The notes under the pieces were generated by a model, which saw nothing but the letters and a program-made list of their open reading frames with translations, was not told the DNA's origin and did no database searches. A stretch of 64,000 nt of DNA from Alphaproteobacteria bacterium (GTDB taxonomy: Bacteria > Pseudomonadota > Alphaproteobacteria > Bin95), in the NCBI GenBank assembly GCA_964291285.2, contig OZ219786.1, forward strand, positions 1,280,001-1,344,000, in the 5' to 3' direction. Numbering within the stretch: the stretch's first letter is position 1; the number at the start of each line of letters is the position of its first letter. Positions 32,144-41,187 of this stretch are shown here, in pieces. Position numbers and translations under genes: made by a program.

Positions 32144-33079
32144 ATGACCGGAACACGGGCCGACCTCTCGCAATGGCGCGAGCCGCAGGCGCTAGTCGAG
32201 ACCGGCGAGTTGGAGAACAGCCTCGGCGCGCCAGAGCTTCGCATCGTGGACTGCACCACGTGGCTCAGGCCCGCGGAGCCCGGCGACGACGCCCCCTACC
32301 GCGTCGTGCCGGGCCGGGCCGAATACGATGAGGCGCATATTCCGGGTGCCGTGTTCCTGGACCTCCAGGGCGCGGCTTCGGACCCCGGCACGCGCCTCAA
32401 ATTCATGGCCCCGTCGGCCGAACGGTTCGCGGAGGCGATGGGCGCGCTCGGCATCGGCGACGCCTCCCGCGTCGTGCTCTATTCGGCCGGCAGCATCATG
32501 TGGGCGACCCGCGTCTGGTGGATGCTGCGCGCCTTCGGGTTCGAGGGCGCGGCCGTGCTCGACGGGGGCTGGGAGAAGTGGAAGGCGGAGGGCCGCCCCA
32601 TCTCCTCCGAGCCGGCGCGATACCCGCCGGCGCGCTTCACGGCGGCGCTTAAGCCTGGCCGGTTCGTGGACAGGAACCATGTGGCTTCCCGGCTCGAAGA
32701 CGAGGGCACCGTCATGGTGAATGCGCTGGCACCTGCCTTCCATCTGGGCGAGGGGCCGAGCCGCTACGGCAGGCCCGGGCGCATCCCCGGCAGCGCCAAC
32801 GTGCCGGCGGCCAGCCTGCTCGATCCCGCGAGCGGCGCCTTCGTGGCGCTGGACGAGGCGCGGCGGCTGCACGAGGAGGCCGGGGTCGACCGGGACCGCC
32901 ATGTCGTCGCCTATTGCGGCGGCGGCATCTCCGCCACCGTCGGCCTGTTCCTGCTGCACCAGCTCGGCTATGACGACCTCACCCTCTATGACGGCTCGAT
33001 GGGAGACTGGGCCCCGGACCCCGGCCTGCCCATAGAAACGGGCCCGCAACAGTCTTCACACGGCAGGAGCCAGCCATGA
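32144..33079 (+). CDS. tandem-rhodanese sulfurtransferase (SseA-like)
   Basis: AHIPGAVF, ATRVWWML, LDGG, GRIPGS, YCGGGISA, YDGSMGDW. Confidence 0.9.
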   Translation: MTGTRADLSQWREPQALVETGELENSLGAPELRIVDCTTWLRPAEPGDDAPYRVVPGRAEYDEAHIPGAVFLDLQGAASDPGTRLKFMAPSAERFAEAMGALGIGDASRVVLYSAGSIMWATRVWWMLRAFGFEGAAVLDGGWEKWKAEGRPISSEPARYPPARFTAALKPGRFVDRNHVASRLEDEGTVMVNALAPAFHLGEGPSRYGRPGRIPGSANVPAASLLDPASGAFVALDEARRLHEEAGVDRDRHVVAYCGGGISATVGLFLLHQLGYDDLTLYDGSMGDWAPDPGLPIETGPQQSSHGRSQP

Positions 33080-33963
33080 CACTCCGGTTCCGCAAGCTTC
33101 ATCCGCATTTCGCCGCCGAGGCGGAGCCGGTCGATCTCCGCCGCGCGCATGACGAGGAGGCCCTCGAAGGAATCCGGGCGGCCATGGATGAACACGCCGT
33201 GCTCGTCTTCCGGGACCAGGCGTTCTCGGGCGAGGAGCAGCTCGATTTCGCCACCCGGCTCGACGGCGAGCTCCACCGCAAGACCGGCTTCAGCGTCCTG
33301 CAGAAGAACCGCTTCGGCGACGAGGCGCTCTCCGACGTCTCGAATGTCGAAGCGGACGGGCAGGTCGTGGAAGCGGACAGCCGCCGGCGCCTCTACGCGC
33401 TCGGGAACCGCCTCTGGCACACGGACGCCTCATTCCAGGACCCGCGCGGCCGCTATTCCATGCTCGCCGCCCTCGTGGTGCCGCCCGTGCCGGCCGACAC
33501 CGAGTTCGCGGATATGCGCACCGCATACGACACGCTGCCGGAGGAGACGAAGGCGGGGCTGGAAGGCCTCCGCGTGCATCATTCCATCGCCCACTCGCGC
33601 ATGACGCTCGGCTTCGAGTTCTCCGAGGAGGAGCGCGACCGGCTCAAGGGCGCGGTCCATCCGCTCGTGCTGACCAACCCGCGGACCGGGCGGCGCGCGC
33701 TCTATCTCGCGTCGCACGCCTCGCGGATCCTCGACCGGCCGGTGCCGGAAGGCCGGCTCCTCATCCGCGAGCTGACGGAGCACGCGACCCGGCCCGAGCT
33801 TGTCTATCGCCATTCCTGGCGGGACGGCGATTTCGTCATCTGGGACAACCGCGCCACCATGCACCGCGCCTGCCGCTACGAAGACACGGTTTACCGCCGG
33901 GAGATGCGCCGCGTCACGACGCTGGACACCGGCGACCCGGCCCGCGTCGCGCAGCCGGCATAA
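33076..33963 (+). CDS. TauD/TfdA family 2-oxoglutarate/Fe(II) dioxygenase
   Basis: WHTDASF, TEFADMR, WDNRATMHRA; ATGA overlap with the rhodanese. Confidence 0.9.
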   Translation: MTLRFRKLHPHFAAEAEPVDLRRAHDEEALEGIRAAMDEHAVLVFRDQAFSGEEQLDFATRLDGELHRKTGFSVLQKNRFGDEALSDVSNVEADGQVVEADSRRRLYALGNRLWHTDASFQDPRGRYSMLAALVVPPVPADTEFADMRTAYDTLPEETKAGLEGLRVHHSIAHSRMTLGFEFSEEERDRLKGAVHPLVLTNPRTGRRALYLASHASRILDRPVPEGRLLIRELTEHATRPELVYRHSWRDGDFVIWDNRATMHRACRYEDTVYRREMRRVTTLDTGDPARVAQPA

Positions 33964-34024
33964 CCGCCTCCGCCAGCGTGCCTTTGCGCCGGGACGCACC
34001 TTTTCCGCTATCGGACCGTGTCGA

Positions 34025-35254
34025 ATGAAGCCCCTCGAAGACATCCGCGTGCTCTCGGTCACGGTGTTCCTGGCCGGCCCCTTCCTCAGCATGACGCTCG
34101 CCCGCTTCGGCGCGGAGGTCATCAAGGTCGAGATGCCGGGCGCCGGCGAGCCGATCCGCAGCGCCGGGCCCTTCCACGGGCCGAAGGGCATCCATGCGGA
34201 GCGGCAGACGGAGGACGACCTGTCGGTCCGGTTCCTGAAGCGCTCCGAAGGCGTGAAGAGCGTCACGCTCAACCTGAAGGACCCGGAAGGACGGCGGTTG
34301 TTCCTCGAGATGGCGAAACGGTCCGACGTGCTGGTCGAGAACCTGTCGCCCGGCTCGATGAAGCGGCTGGGACTCGGTTACGAAGAGGTCTGTGCCGTCA
34401 ATCCGGGCATCGTCTATTGCTCCATCGCAGGTTACGGCCAGACCGGCCCCTACAAGGACCTGCCCGCGCACGACCACCAGATCCAGGCCATGTCCGGCAT
34501 CATGGACATGAACGGCGCGGCCGACGGCCCGCCGACGCGGATCGGCGTCTTCGTCGGCGACCTGGTGACGCCGCTCTACGCCGCCTATTCGATCCTGGGC
34601 GCGCTTCGGGTGAGGGAAAGGACGGGCGAAGGGCAATATCTCGACGCCTCGATGATCGACACGCTTGCGACCCTCATGTTCATGGAGCCGATGGAGTATG
34701 TGCTGCAGGAAGGACAGCCGGTCCGGGCCGGCAATGACAGCCGCAACGACGTGACCGGCCTCTACCAGCTCACCGACGGCGACGTGATCATCACGGTCGG
34801 CCTGTCGCTGCGCCTCAACGCCCTGCTGGGCGCGCTCGGCGCCTCCGCGCTTCTGGAGCAGCCGCGCTTCGCGACCCCGGAAGCGAGGGAAGCGAATATC
34901 GCCGCGCTCAGGGCGGAAATCCAGGCGCGCCTCGGCGCCCACAGCTGCGAGGAAGGCATCGCGCTGCTCCAGGGGGCGGGCGTGCCGGTCGCGCGGGTCC
35001 GCACGATTTTGGAAGCGATGGAGGACGGCCATTTCCGGGCGCGCGGCACGCTCAGGCCGATGTACCGGCAGGGTTCCGACGAGCCGGTGGAGCGCGGGAT
35101 CGTCCCGGGTTTCCCGGTCACCTTCTCGGGCGGCGACCTGCCGAAGCTCGAAGGCGGCGCGAAGCTCGGCCACCACAACCGGGAGGTCTTCGGGCGGCTC
35201 CTCGGCCTCGACGCGGCGGCGATGGCCGACCTGGAGGAGCGCGGGGTGATATAG
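34025..35254 (+). CDS. CaiB/BaiF family III CoA-transferase
   Basis: LAGPF, GAEVIKVE, KSVTLNLK, DVLVEN, GYGQTGP, D..IQAMSG. Confidence 0.9.
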   Translation: MKPLEDIRVLSVTVFLAGPFLSMTLARFGAEVIKVEMPGAGEPIRSAGPFHGPKGIHAERQTEDDLSVRFLKRSEGVKSVTLNLKDPEGRRLFLEMAKRSDVLVENLSPGSMKRLGLGYEEVCAVNPGIVYCSIAGYGQTGPYKDLPAHDHQIQAMSGIMDMNGAADGPPTRIGVFVGDLVTPLYAAYSILGALRVRERTGEGQYLDASMIDTLATLMFMEPMEYVLQEGQPVRAGNDSRNDVTGLYQLTDGDVIITVGLSLRLNALLGALGASALLEQPRFATPEAREANIAALRAEIQARLGAHSCEEGIALLQGAGVPVARVRTILEAMEDGHFRARGTLRPMYRQGSDEPVERGIVPGFPVTFSGGDLPKLEGGAKLGHHNREVFGRLLGLDAAAMADLEERGVI

Positions 35255-35291
35255 GGGCCGAACCGCCAGGCGACGGGGCAGGAGAAGCAGA

Positions 35292-35409
35292 GATATTTCC
35301 TGTTTGACCAAAAATTTCTGGAAATATCCTCATCATGACTTGACATATTGGAAACGTGTAATATGATGAGAGTAGAGAGAGGCGGCTTGCGGGGCCGCCT
35401 TTCGCATTT
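35292..35409 (+). promoter_or_regulatory. orphan promoter with palindromic operators and a hairpin
   Basis: TTGACA(35340)-N16-TATGAT; inverted repeats GATATTTCC/GGAAATATC and CTCATCAT/ATGATGAG; hairpin AGGCGGC/GCCGCCT followed by a T-containing tail. Confidence 0.55.
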
Positions 35410-35695
35410 CTGCGCAGAACGTGGCTGGGGCCGCGAAAAAAGACCCCGGCGGAAGCAAACGGGACAAGTGCGTCCGCCGTCTCGCGCGCGCAATCAGGCG
35501 CGCGAACCGCGCCGGCGCCGACGCGCGGGCGGGCGGGCGCACGATACGCGCGAAACAGGGTCCCGCCGCACGGACGGGCCGGCGGCGGAGGAACGGAACG
35601 CAAGAGAACGAAACGCGATGGAGGGACGACATGCAGGATTCGGGCGGATGCAGCTTCGGCGAGGCGGGCGGAGAGGGGTGCGGCGCGACGCGCCC

Positions 35696-35722
35696 CATGA
35701 CAAAACATGACATTCCATGACA
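35696..35722. repeat. CATGACA x3 block, second copy
   Basis: CATGACAAAACATGACATTCCATGACA, 26/27 identical to 20039-20065. Confidence 0.88.
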
Positions 35723-35805
35723 TGCCCGTGGAGTGGGCCCCTGGTCTCGGACAGTTTTGTTGTAGGAAATTGACAGGTGCGCGGTCATTGGAAGGATCGA
35801 CGCCG

Positions 35806-36156
35806 ATGAGGAAGCACCGCACGCACAGCATGGCCTTCAAGCGCCAGGTCGTTGAGGAGTATCTGGCAGGCGAGACGTTTTACGGTCTGGCCCGCCGTCA
35901 TGACCTGTCTCGCACCCTGATCCGGCTGTGGCTGGAGAAGTATGAGGCCGGGGCCTTCGATGAGGAGGCCGAGGCGGCCGACAGGCTCCGGGCATATGAG
36001 GCCCGGATCGCGACGCTCGAACGGCTGGTCGGCCGGCAGGCCGCGGAGCTGGAGTTCCTAAAGGGGGCTTTGCGGCAAGGACGGCGGTCGAGGCGCGCGC
36101 CCATGTCCGTGATCGCCGGCCCCGAGGCCTCTCCGTCGCCGAAGGATGCCGACTGA
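35806..36156 (+). CDS. IS3 OrfA
   Basis: HTH (FKRQVV...LARRHDLSRTLIRLW); slippery A-AAG-GGG at 36060-36066 for a -1 frameshift. Confidence 0.88.
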   Translation: MRKHRTHSMAFKRQVVEEYLAGETFYGLARRHDLSRTLIRLWLEKYEAGAFDEEAEAADRLRAYEARIATLERLVGRQAAELEFLKGALRQGRRSRRAPMSVIAGPEASPSPKDAD

Positions 36157-36950
36157 TGGGGATCGCGCGCTCCACCTGTTACCGCGAGCCGCAGAGCCCG
36201 GTCGACGACACCGCCCTGGTCGAGGCGATGCACGAGATCAAGGACGAGTTCGAGGCCTATGGCTGGCGGCGCATGCAGGCGGAACTTCGCCACCGGGGCC
36301 GGACCGTCAACCACAAGAAGGTCAGGCGGCTGATGCGCGAACACGCCCTGCAGCCGCCGCGCAAGCGCCGCTTTGTCGCCACCACGGACAGCGGCCACGA
36401 CGGGCCGGTCTTCCCGGACCGGTCCCGGGACTGCGAGGTCGAGGGCCCGAACCGGCTCTGGGTCGCCGACCTGACCTACATCGCCATCCTGGACGGCTTC
36501 GTCTATCTGGCGGCGGTCATGGACGCCTGGTCGCGCCGCATTGTCGGCTACGCGCTCGGGCAACGCATCGACGCGCGCCTGACGCTCGCGGCGCTCGACA
36601 AGGCGATCGGGAACCGAAGCCCTCAGCCCGGCTGCATCCACCACTCCGACAGGGGCTCGCAATACGCCGCCCATGCCTACCGGACCCGGCTCGACAAACA
36701 CGGGATGGTCGGCTCCATGGGACGACGAGCCAACCCCTACGACAACGCCATGATGGAGAGCTTCATGAAAACCCTGAAGGTCGAGGGCGTCTATCCCATG
36801 GCCTTCGAGACCGCCGAAGACGTCGCAAGGCAACTGCCACGCTTCATCGACAGCTACAACCACAGACGCCTGCACTCCGCGCTCGGATATCTGAGCCCAA
36901 ACCGCTTCGAGGAAAAACAACATCGCAACCCTGTCAAAAATGCCGCTTGA
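36156..36950 (+). CDS. IS3 OrfB (rve integrase core)
   Basis: YGWRR, WVADLTYI, HHSDRGSQY, DNAMMESF, RLHSALGY. Confidence 0.93.
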   Translation: MGIARSTCYREPQSPVDDTALVEAMHEIKDEFEAYGWRRMQAELRHRGRTVNHKKVRRLMREHALQPPRKRRFVATTDSGHDGPVFPDRSRDCEVEGPNRLWVADLTYIAILDGFVYLAAVMDAWSRRIVGYALGQRIDARLTLAALDKAIGNRSPQPGCIHHSDRGSQYAAHAYRTRLDKHGMVGSMGRRANPYDNAMMESFMKTLKVEGVYPMAFETAEDVARQLPRFIDSYNHRRLHSALGYLSPNRFEEKQHRNPVKNAA

Positions 36951-37046
36951 AACTGTCCGACCCAAGGGGCCCACTCCACCGGCAGGTCCCGGAAGCCGCG
37001 CCCCGGCCGCCGGCTGTCCTGCGAGGCAACCGGGCCGGGCGGCGCG

Positions 37047-37796
37047 TCAGGGAGCGGCCCGGAGAAGCTCCGGGCCGTCCGCCGACCAGAGGCGCGCATC
37101 CTCGCCGAGCGCCCGGCGCAGCGCCCAGGCAAGGCAGTAATTGGACGACAGGACGGGCCTGCCGATCCGGTCCGCCGCCGGCGCCAGCGCCGCCAGGGTC
37201 GGCATGCCGGTTCCGCTCATCAGCAGCGCCCCGGCCTCGTCGGACACGCCGCTGTCCAGCGCGGCGAGGGCATCGGCGCTCCGCAGCCCGTAAATCCGGC
37301 GCGTGTCCTGCGAGTCGAGGTCGATGGTCATGACCTCGACGATGGAGAGGCCGGCCGCCTGCCAAAAGGCGACCCCGGCCTCGACGATATCGGCCGGATA
37401 GGGCGCCAGCAGCGCGATGTGCCGGGCGCCCAGGGCCGCCAGCGCATCCAGAATGGCCTGCGCGGCCGTGACGAACGGGCAGCCGAGCCGCGCTTCCGCC
37501 CCGGCGACGATTTCCGCCTCTCGCTCCGCGCCGACGAGATAGGAGGACCCGGTGCAGGCGAAGCCGTAAACGTCGGGACGCAAAACATCGTAGCTGTCCA
37601 GGGTGCGGTCGAGCCCGTCGAAATAGTCGATCAACCGCTCTACGGAGGTCGGAGCCCGGCTCACCAGGCGGCTCGTCAGAAGTTCGGCATCCTGCGGCAG
37701 GAGCCGGCGCATCTCCGCCTCGACCGTCGGGTTCGCCTGCGGCACGCCCACCCCGACCCAGCCGCCGGGCCCGTATTCGCGATCCATCCTGTCCAT
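37047..37796 (-). CDS. Asp/Glu racemase - maleate isomerase - arylmalonate decarboxylase superfamily protein
   Basis: VPQANPTVEAE, FACTGSS, LAPY, MSGTGM, PVLSSN. Confidence 0.8.
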   Translation of the reverse strand: MDRMDREYGPGGWVGVGVPQANPTVEAEMRRLLPQDAELLTSRLVSRAPTSVERLIDYFDGLDRTLDSYDVLRPDVYGFACTGSSYLVGAEREAEIVAGAEARLGCPFVTAAQAILDALAALGARHIALLAPYPADIVEAGVAFWQAAGLSIVEVMTIDLDSQDTRRIYGLRSADALAALDSGVSDEAGALLMSGTGMPTLAALAPAADRIGRPVLSSNYCLAWALRRALGEDARLWSADGPELLRAAP

Positions 37797-37829
37797 GCCG
37801 TTGCCCCGGAACCGTTGCAGGCCGCCCGC

Positions 37830-39134
37830 TCAGATATCCAGCGAGGTTTCCCGCTCCCAGTCGCTCAGATGGCGGGAATAGGCGTCCCATTCCTGCATCT
37901 TCAGCCTGACATAAGCGGACGAGAATTCCGCCCCGAACGCACTCTTCAAAACCGCATTGCGGTCGAAGGCGCGGACCGCGTCCAGCAGGTAGTTCGGCAG
38001 CCGCCTGACCCGGCGCCTGTGGCCCTCGGCATACATGTCGAGGTCGCTGCGCCTGCCCGGATCGCGCCTGTTGGCGATGCCGTCGAGGCCGGCTGCCAGA
38101 CAGGCCGCCTGCAGCAGGTAGGGGTTGGCCGCGCCGTCGGCGAGCCGGAACTCGAAGCGGCCCTCATCGGGGATGCGCACCATGTGGGTGCGGTTGTTGC
38201 CCGTCCAGGTGACGGTGTTGGGCGACCATGTGGCGCCCGAGGCGGTCACCGGCGCGTTGATGCGCTTGTAGGAGTTCACGATCGGGTTGGTGATGGCGCA
38301 GAGCCCCTCGGCGTGGTGGAGCACGCCGCCGAGGAAATGCAGGGCGAGCTCCGACAGGCCGAGTTCCCCGTCCGGATCGTGGAACAGGTTTGTCTTCCCG
38401 TCCGCGTCCCAGACGGACACATGCGCATGGCACCCGTTGCCGGTCAGGCTGAGGAACGGTTTCGGCATGAAGGTCGCGCGCAGCCCGTGCTTCTCGGCAA
38501 TCGACTTCACCATGAATTTGAAGAAGGCGTGCCGGTCAGCCGTCACGAGCGCGTCGTCATAGTCCCAGTTCATCTCGAACTGGCCGTTGGCGTCCTCATG
38601 GTCGTTCTGGTAGGGCCCCCAGCCAAGCTCCAGCATGGCGTCGCAGATCTCGGACACGACATCGTAGCGGCGCATCAGCGCCTGCTGGTCGTAGCAGGGC
38701 TTCGCATCGATGTCGCGCGGGTCCGAAATCCCGGCGCCGTCGGCGTCGATCAGGTGGTATTCGGCCTCGACGCCGGTCTTCATCCGCAGCCCCTCGGCCG
38801 CCGCCCTGGCGACGAGGTTCTTCAGCACGACGCGCGGCGCCTGTTCGACCGGCCGGCCGTCCATGACGAGGTCTCCGGCGACCCACGCCACATCCGGCTG
38901 CCAGGGAAGCCGGATGACGCTCGCGGTGTCGGGGACGGCCAGCATGTCGGGATGGGCGGGTGTCATGTCCAGATAGGTGGCGAAGCCCGCAAATCCCGCG
39001 CCCGCCTCCTCCATTGCCGGCGCGGCGGCCGCCGGCACCAGCTTGGAGCGCTGCATGCCGCGAATGTCGGTGAAATTGAAGAGGAAATACCTGACGCCAT
39101 TCGCCTTTGCGAACGCTTCCAGCTTGCCGGTCAT
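37830..39134 (-). CDS. glnT: type III glutamate-ammonia ligase / gamma-glutamylmethylamide synthetase (GmaS)
   Basis: AGFAGFA, KPCYDQQALMRRY, DHEDANGQFE, TWSPN, GNNRTHM; downstream of glxBCD. Confidence 0.92.
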   Translation of the reverse strand: MTGKLEAFAKANGVRYFLFNFTDIRGMQRSKLVPAAAAPAMEEAGAGFAGFATYLDMTPAHPDMLAVPDTASVIRLPWQPDVAWVAGDLVMDGRPVEQAPRVVLKNLVARAAAEGLRMKTGVEAEYHLIDADGAGISDPRDIDAKPCYDQQALMRRYDVVSEICDAMLELGWGPYQNDHEDANGQFEMNWDYDDALVTADRHAFFKFMVKSIAEKHGLRATFMPKPFLSLTGNGCHAHVSVWDADGKTNLFHDPDGELGLSELALHFLGGVLHHAEGLCAITNPIVNSYKRINAPVTASGATWSPNTVTWTGNNRTHMVRIPDEGRFEFRLADGAANPYLLQAACLAAGLDGIANRRDPGRRSDLDMYAEGHRRRVRRLPNYLLDAVRAFDRNAVLKSAFGAEFSSAYVRLKMQEWDAYSRHLSDWERETSLDI

Positions 39135-39173
39135 CGTCTTCCTTTCGGTCGTGAGGGCTCCCGGCGCCGGCGG

Positions 39174-40487
39174 TCAGGACCGGCCCGGAATCCAGTCGGT
39201 CCCTGCCAGCGGAACCCGTGCCATCGCCGCCGCCTCGACGGTGAGCGCGGCAAGGTCCTCCGGTTCCAGATTGTGCACGTGGCTCTTGCCGCAGGCCCGC
39301 GCGAGGGTCTGGCATTCCATCGTAAGGGTCGAGAGGTAGTTGCGCACCCGCCGCCCGCCCTCCTCCGGGTCGAGCCGCGCCTCCAGCACCGGGTCCTGGG
39401 TCGTCACGCCGACGGGGCAGCGGCCCGTCTGGCACATATTGCAGGCGCCCGGACGCGTGCCGAGCGCCTCATAGTCCTCGAGGTAGAGCGGCGCGTTGCA
39501 GTTGAGCGCCATCAGCGCGGCCATGCCGATCGAGACGGCGTCCGCTCCCAGCGCCAGCGCCTTGGCGACATCGGCCCCGGTGCGGATGCCCCCCGAGACG
39601 ATGAGCTGCACCTCGCGGTGGACGCCCAGTTCCTTGAGCGCATCCACGGCGAGGCGGACCGCCGGGAGCGTCGGGATGCCGACATCCTCGATGAACACTT
39701 CCTGGGTGGCCGCCGTGCCGCCCTGCATGCCGTCCACCACCACGGCGTCCGCGCCCGCCTTGACCGCAAGCGCGACATCGTACTGGGTGCGGGTCGCGCC
39801 GACCTTTACATAGACCGGCTTTTCCCAGTTCGTGATCTCGCGCAGCTCCTGAATCTTGATCGTGAGATCGTCGGGCCCCGTCCAGTCCGGGTGCCGGCAA
39901 GCGCTGCGCTGGTCGATGCCGGACGGGAGGGTCCGCATCTCCGCCACCCTTTCCGTCACCTTCTGGCCGAGCAGCATCCCGCCGCCGCCGGGCTTGGCGC
40001 CCTGGCCGACCACCACTTCTATCGCGTCGGCGATGCGGAGATGGTCCGGGTCCATGCCGTAGCGCGAGGGCAGGACCTGATAGACGAGCGTTTCCGATGC
40101 CTCGCGCTCCTCCATCGTCATGCCGCCGTCGCCCGTGGTCGTGCTGGTGCCCATGGCGCTGGCGCCGAGGCCGAGCGCGCGCTTGGCATTGGCGCTGAGC
40201 GCGCCGAAGCTCATGCCGGCAATGGTGATCGGGATCTTGAGCTCAACCGGTCGCGACGCATGGCGCGCGCCTATGGTCACATTCGTGTCGCAGCGCTCGC
40301 GGTAGCCCTCCAGCGGATAGCGCGAGACGGAGGCGCCGAGGAACACCAGGTCGTCGAAGGACGGCACGGCCCGCCACGCGCCGGAGCCCCGGATGTAGTA
40401 GAGGCCCTGGTCTGCCGCGCGATGGATCCCGGAGATGACATGCGGGGGAAAGCTCGCCCAGGAGCGCGTCGTCCGATCGCCTGACAT
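39174..40487 (-). CDS. glxD: N-methylglutamate synthase FMN subunit (MgsC)
   Basis: SRYPLEGYRE, AGMSFGALS, GQGAKPGGGG, RHPDWTGPDDL, CNMCQTGRC. Confidence 0.9.
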   Translation of the reverse strand: MSGDRTTRSWASFPPHVISGIHRAADQGLYYIRGSGAWRAVPSFDDLVFLGASVSRYPLEGYRERCDTNVTIGARHASRPVELKIPITIAGMSFGALSANAKRALGLGASAMGTSTTTGDGGMTMEEREASETLVYQVLPSRYGMDPDHLRIADAIEVVVGQGAKPGGGGMLLGQKVTERVAEMRTLPSGIDQRSACRHPDWTGPDDLTIKIQELREITNWEKPVYVKVGATRTQYDVALAVKAGADAVVVDGMQGGTAATQEVFIEDVGIPTLPAVRLAVDALKELGVHREVQLIVSGGIRTGADVAKALALGADAVSIGMAALMALNCNAPLYLEDYEALGTRPGACNMCQTGRCPVGVTTQDPVLEARLDPEEGGRRVRNYLSTLTMECQTLARACGKSHVHNLEPEDLAALTVEAAAMARVPLAGTDWIPGRS

Positions 40488-40497
40488 GATGCCGTTC

Positions 40498-41187
40498 CTA
40501 GTAGGCCGCCGCGTTGTCGACGCGGAAATTGTAGAGCTGACGGGCCGAACCGTAGCGGCGGAACTCCCTTGCGTCGGCAACCACGCCGGCCCGTTCCAGC
40601 AGCGCCTGCAACCCGTCGGCGGCCCGCTCGTCCACATCCTTCTCGACGCAGTCCGCGCCAAGGCTCTCGACCCTGCCCCGGACGAAGATTTCGGCCTCGT
40701 AGATCGAGTCGCCCAGATAGGCGCCCGCATCGCCGCAGACGACCAGCCGGCCGGCCTGCGCCATGAAGGCGGACATATGCCCGATGGAGCCGCCGACCAC
40801 GATGTCGATGCCCTTCATGGTGATGCCGCAGCGGGCGCTGGCACTGCCCTCGATCACGAGAAGCCCGCCGCGCCCGCTTGCCCCGGCAGACTGGCTGGTA
40901 TCCCCCGTTACCCGGACGGTGCCGGACATCAGGTTCTCGGCGACGCCCGTCCCGGCATTCCCTTCCACGGTCACATCCGCCTCCCGGTTCATCCCGGCGC
41001 AGTAGTAGCCGACATGGCCGCGGATCCGGACATTCACCGCTTCCGTCAGCCCGACGGCGACCGCATGGCGTCCCTTGGCATTCGTCACGATAAAATGGCC
41101 GCCGGAGACCGGCCCGTCACGGCCCTGGAGGCGGCGGTTCAGCGCCCGCACGCCCGCCGCGTCGAGGTCGATGGTCTCGACCGTCAC
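40498..41187 (-). CDS. glxC: N-methylglutamate synthase GXGXG subunit (MgsB)
   Basis: GHVGYYCAGMN, AENLMSG, GHMSAFMAQ, LGDSIYE, SARQLYNF; GTG start overlapping the glxB stop (alternative 41202). Confidence 0.9.
   Translation of the reverse strand: MTVETIDLDAAGVRALNRRLQGRDGPVSGGHFIVTNAKGRHAVAVGLTEAVNVRIRGHVGYYCAGMNREADVTVEGNAGTGVAENLMSGTVRVTGDTSQSAGASGRGGLLVIEGSASARCGITMKGIDIVVGGSIGHMSAFMAQAGRLVVCGDAGAYLGDSIYEAEIFVRGRVESLGADCVEKDVDERAADGLQALLERAGVVADAREFRRYGSARQLYNFRVDNAAAY

Larger units (their letters stand above)
35729..36978 (+). mobile_element. IS3-family element
   Basis: TG...CA ends; TIRs TGGAGTGGGCCCC...TCGGACAGTTT; CCG target duplication at 35726-35728 and 36979-36981. Confidence 0.93.

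Noticed and set aside
19997-35722. CRISPR array from the short repeats
   Set aside because: The repeats are 7 bp with 3-bp spacers and there are no cas genes.
37419-40484. 1021-aa plus-strand ORF (likewise 59801-62929, 1191-3983, 10819-13599, 27268-29673)
   Set aside because: These are antisense shadows of well-supported genes in high-GC DNA and show no recognisable motifs.
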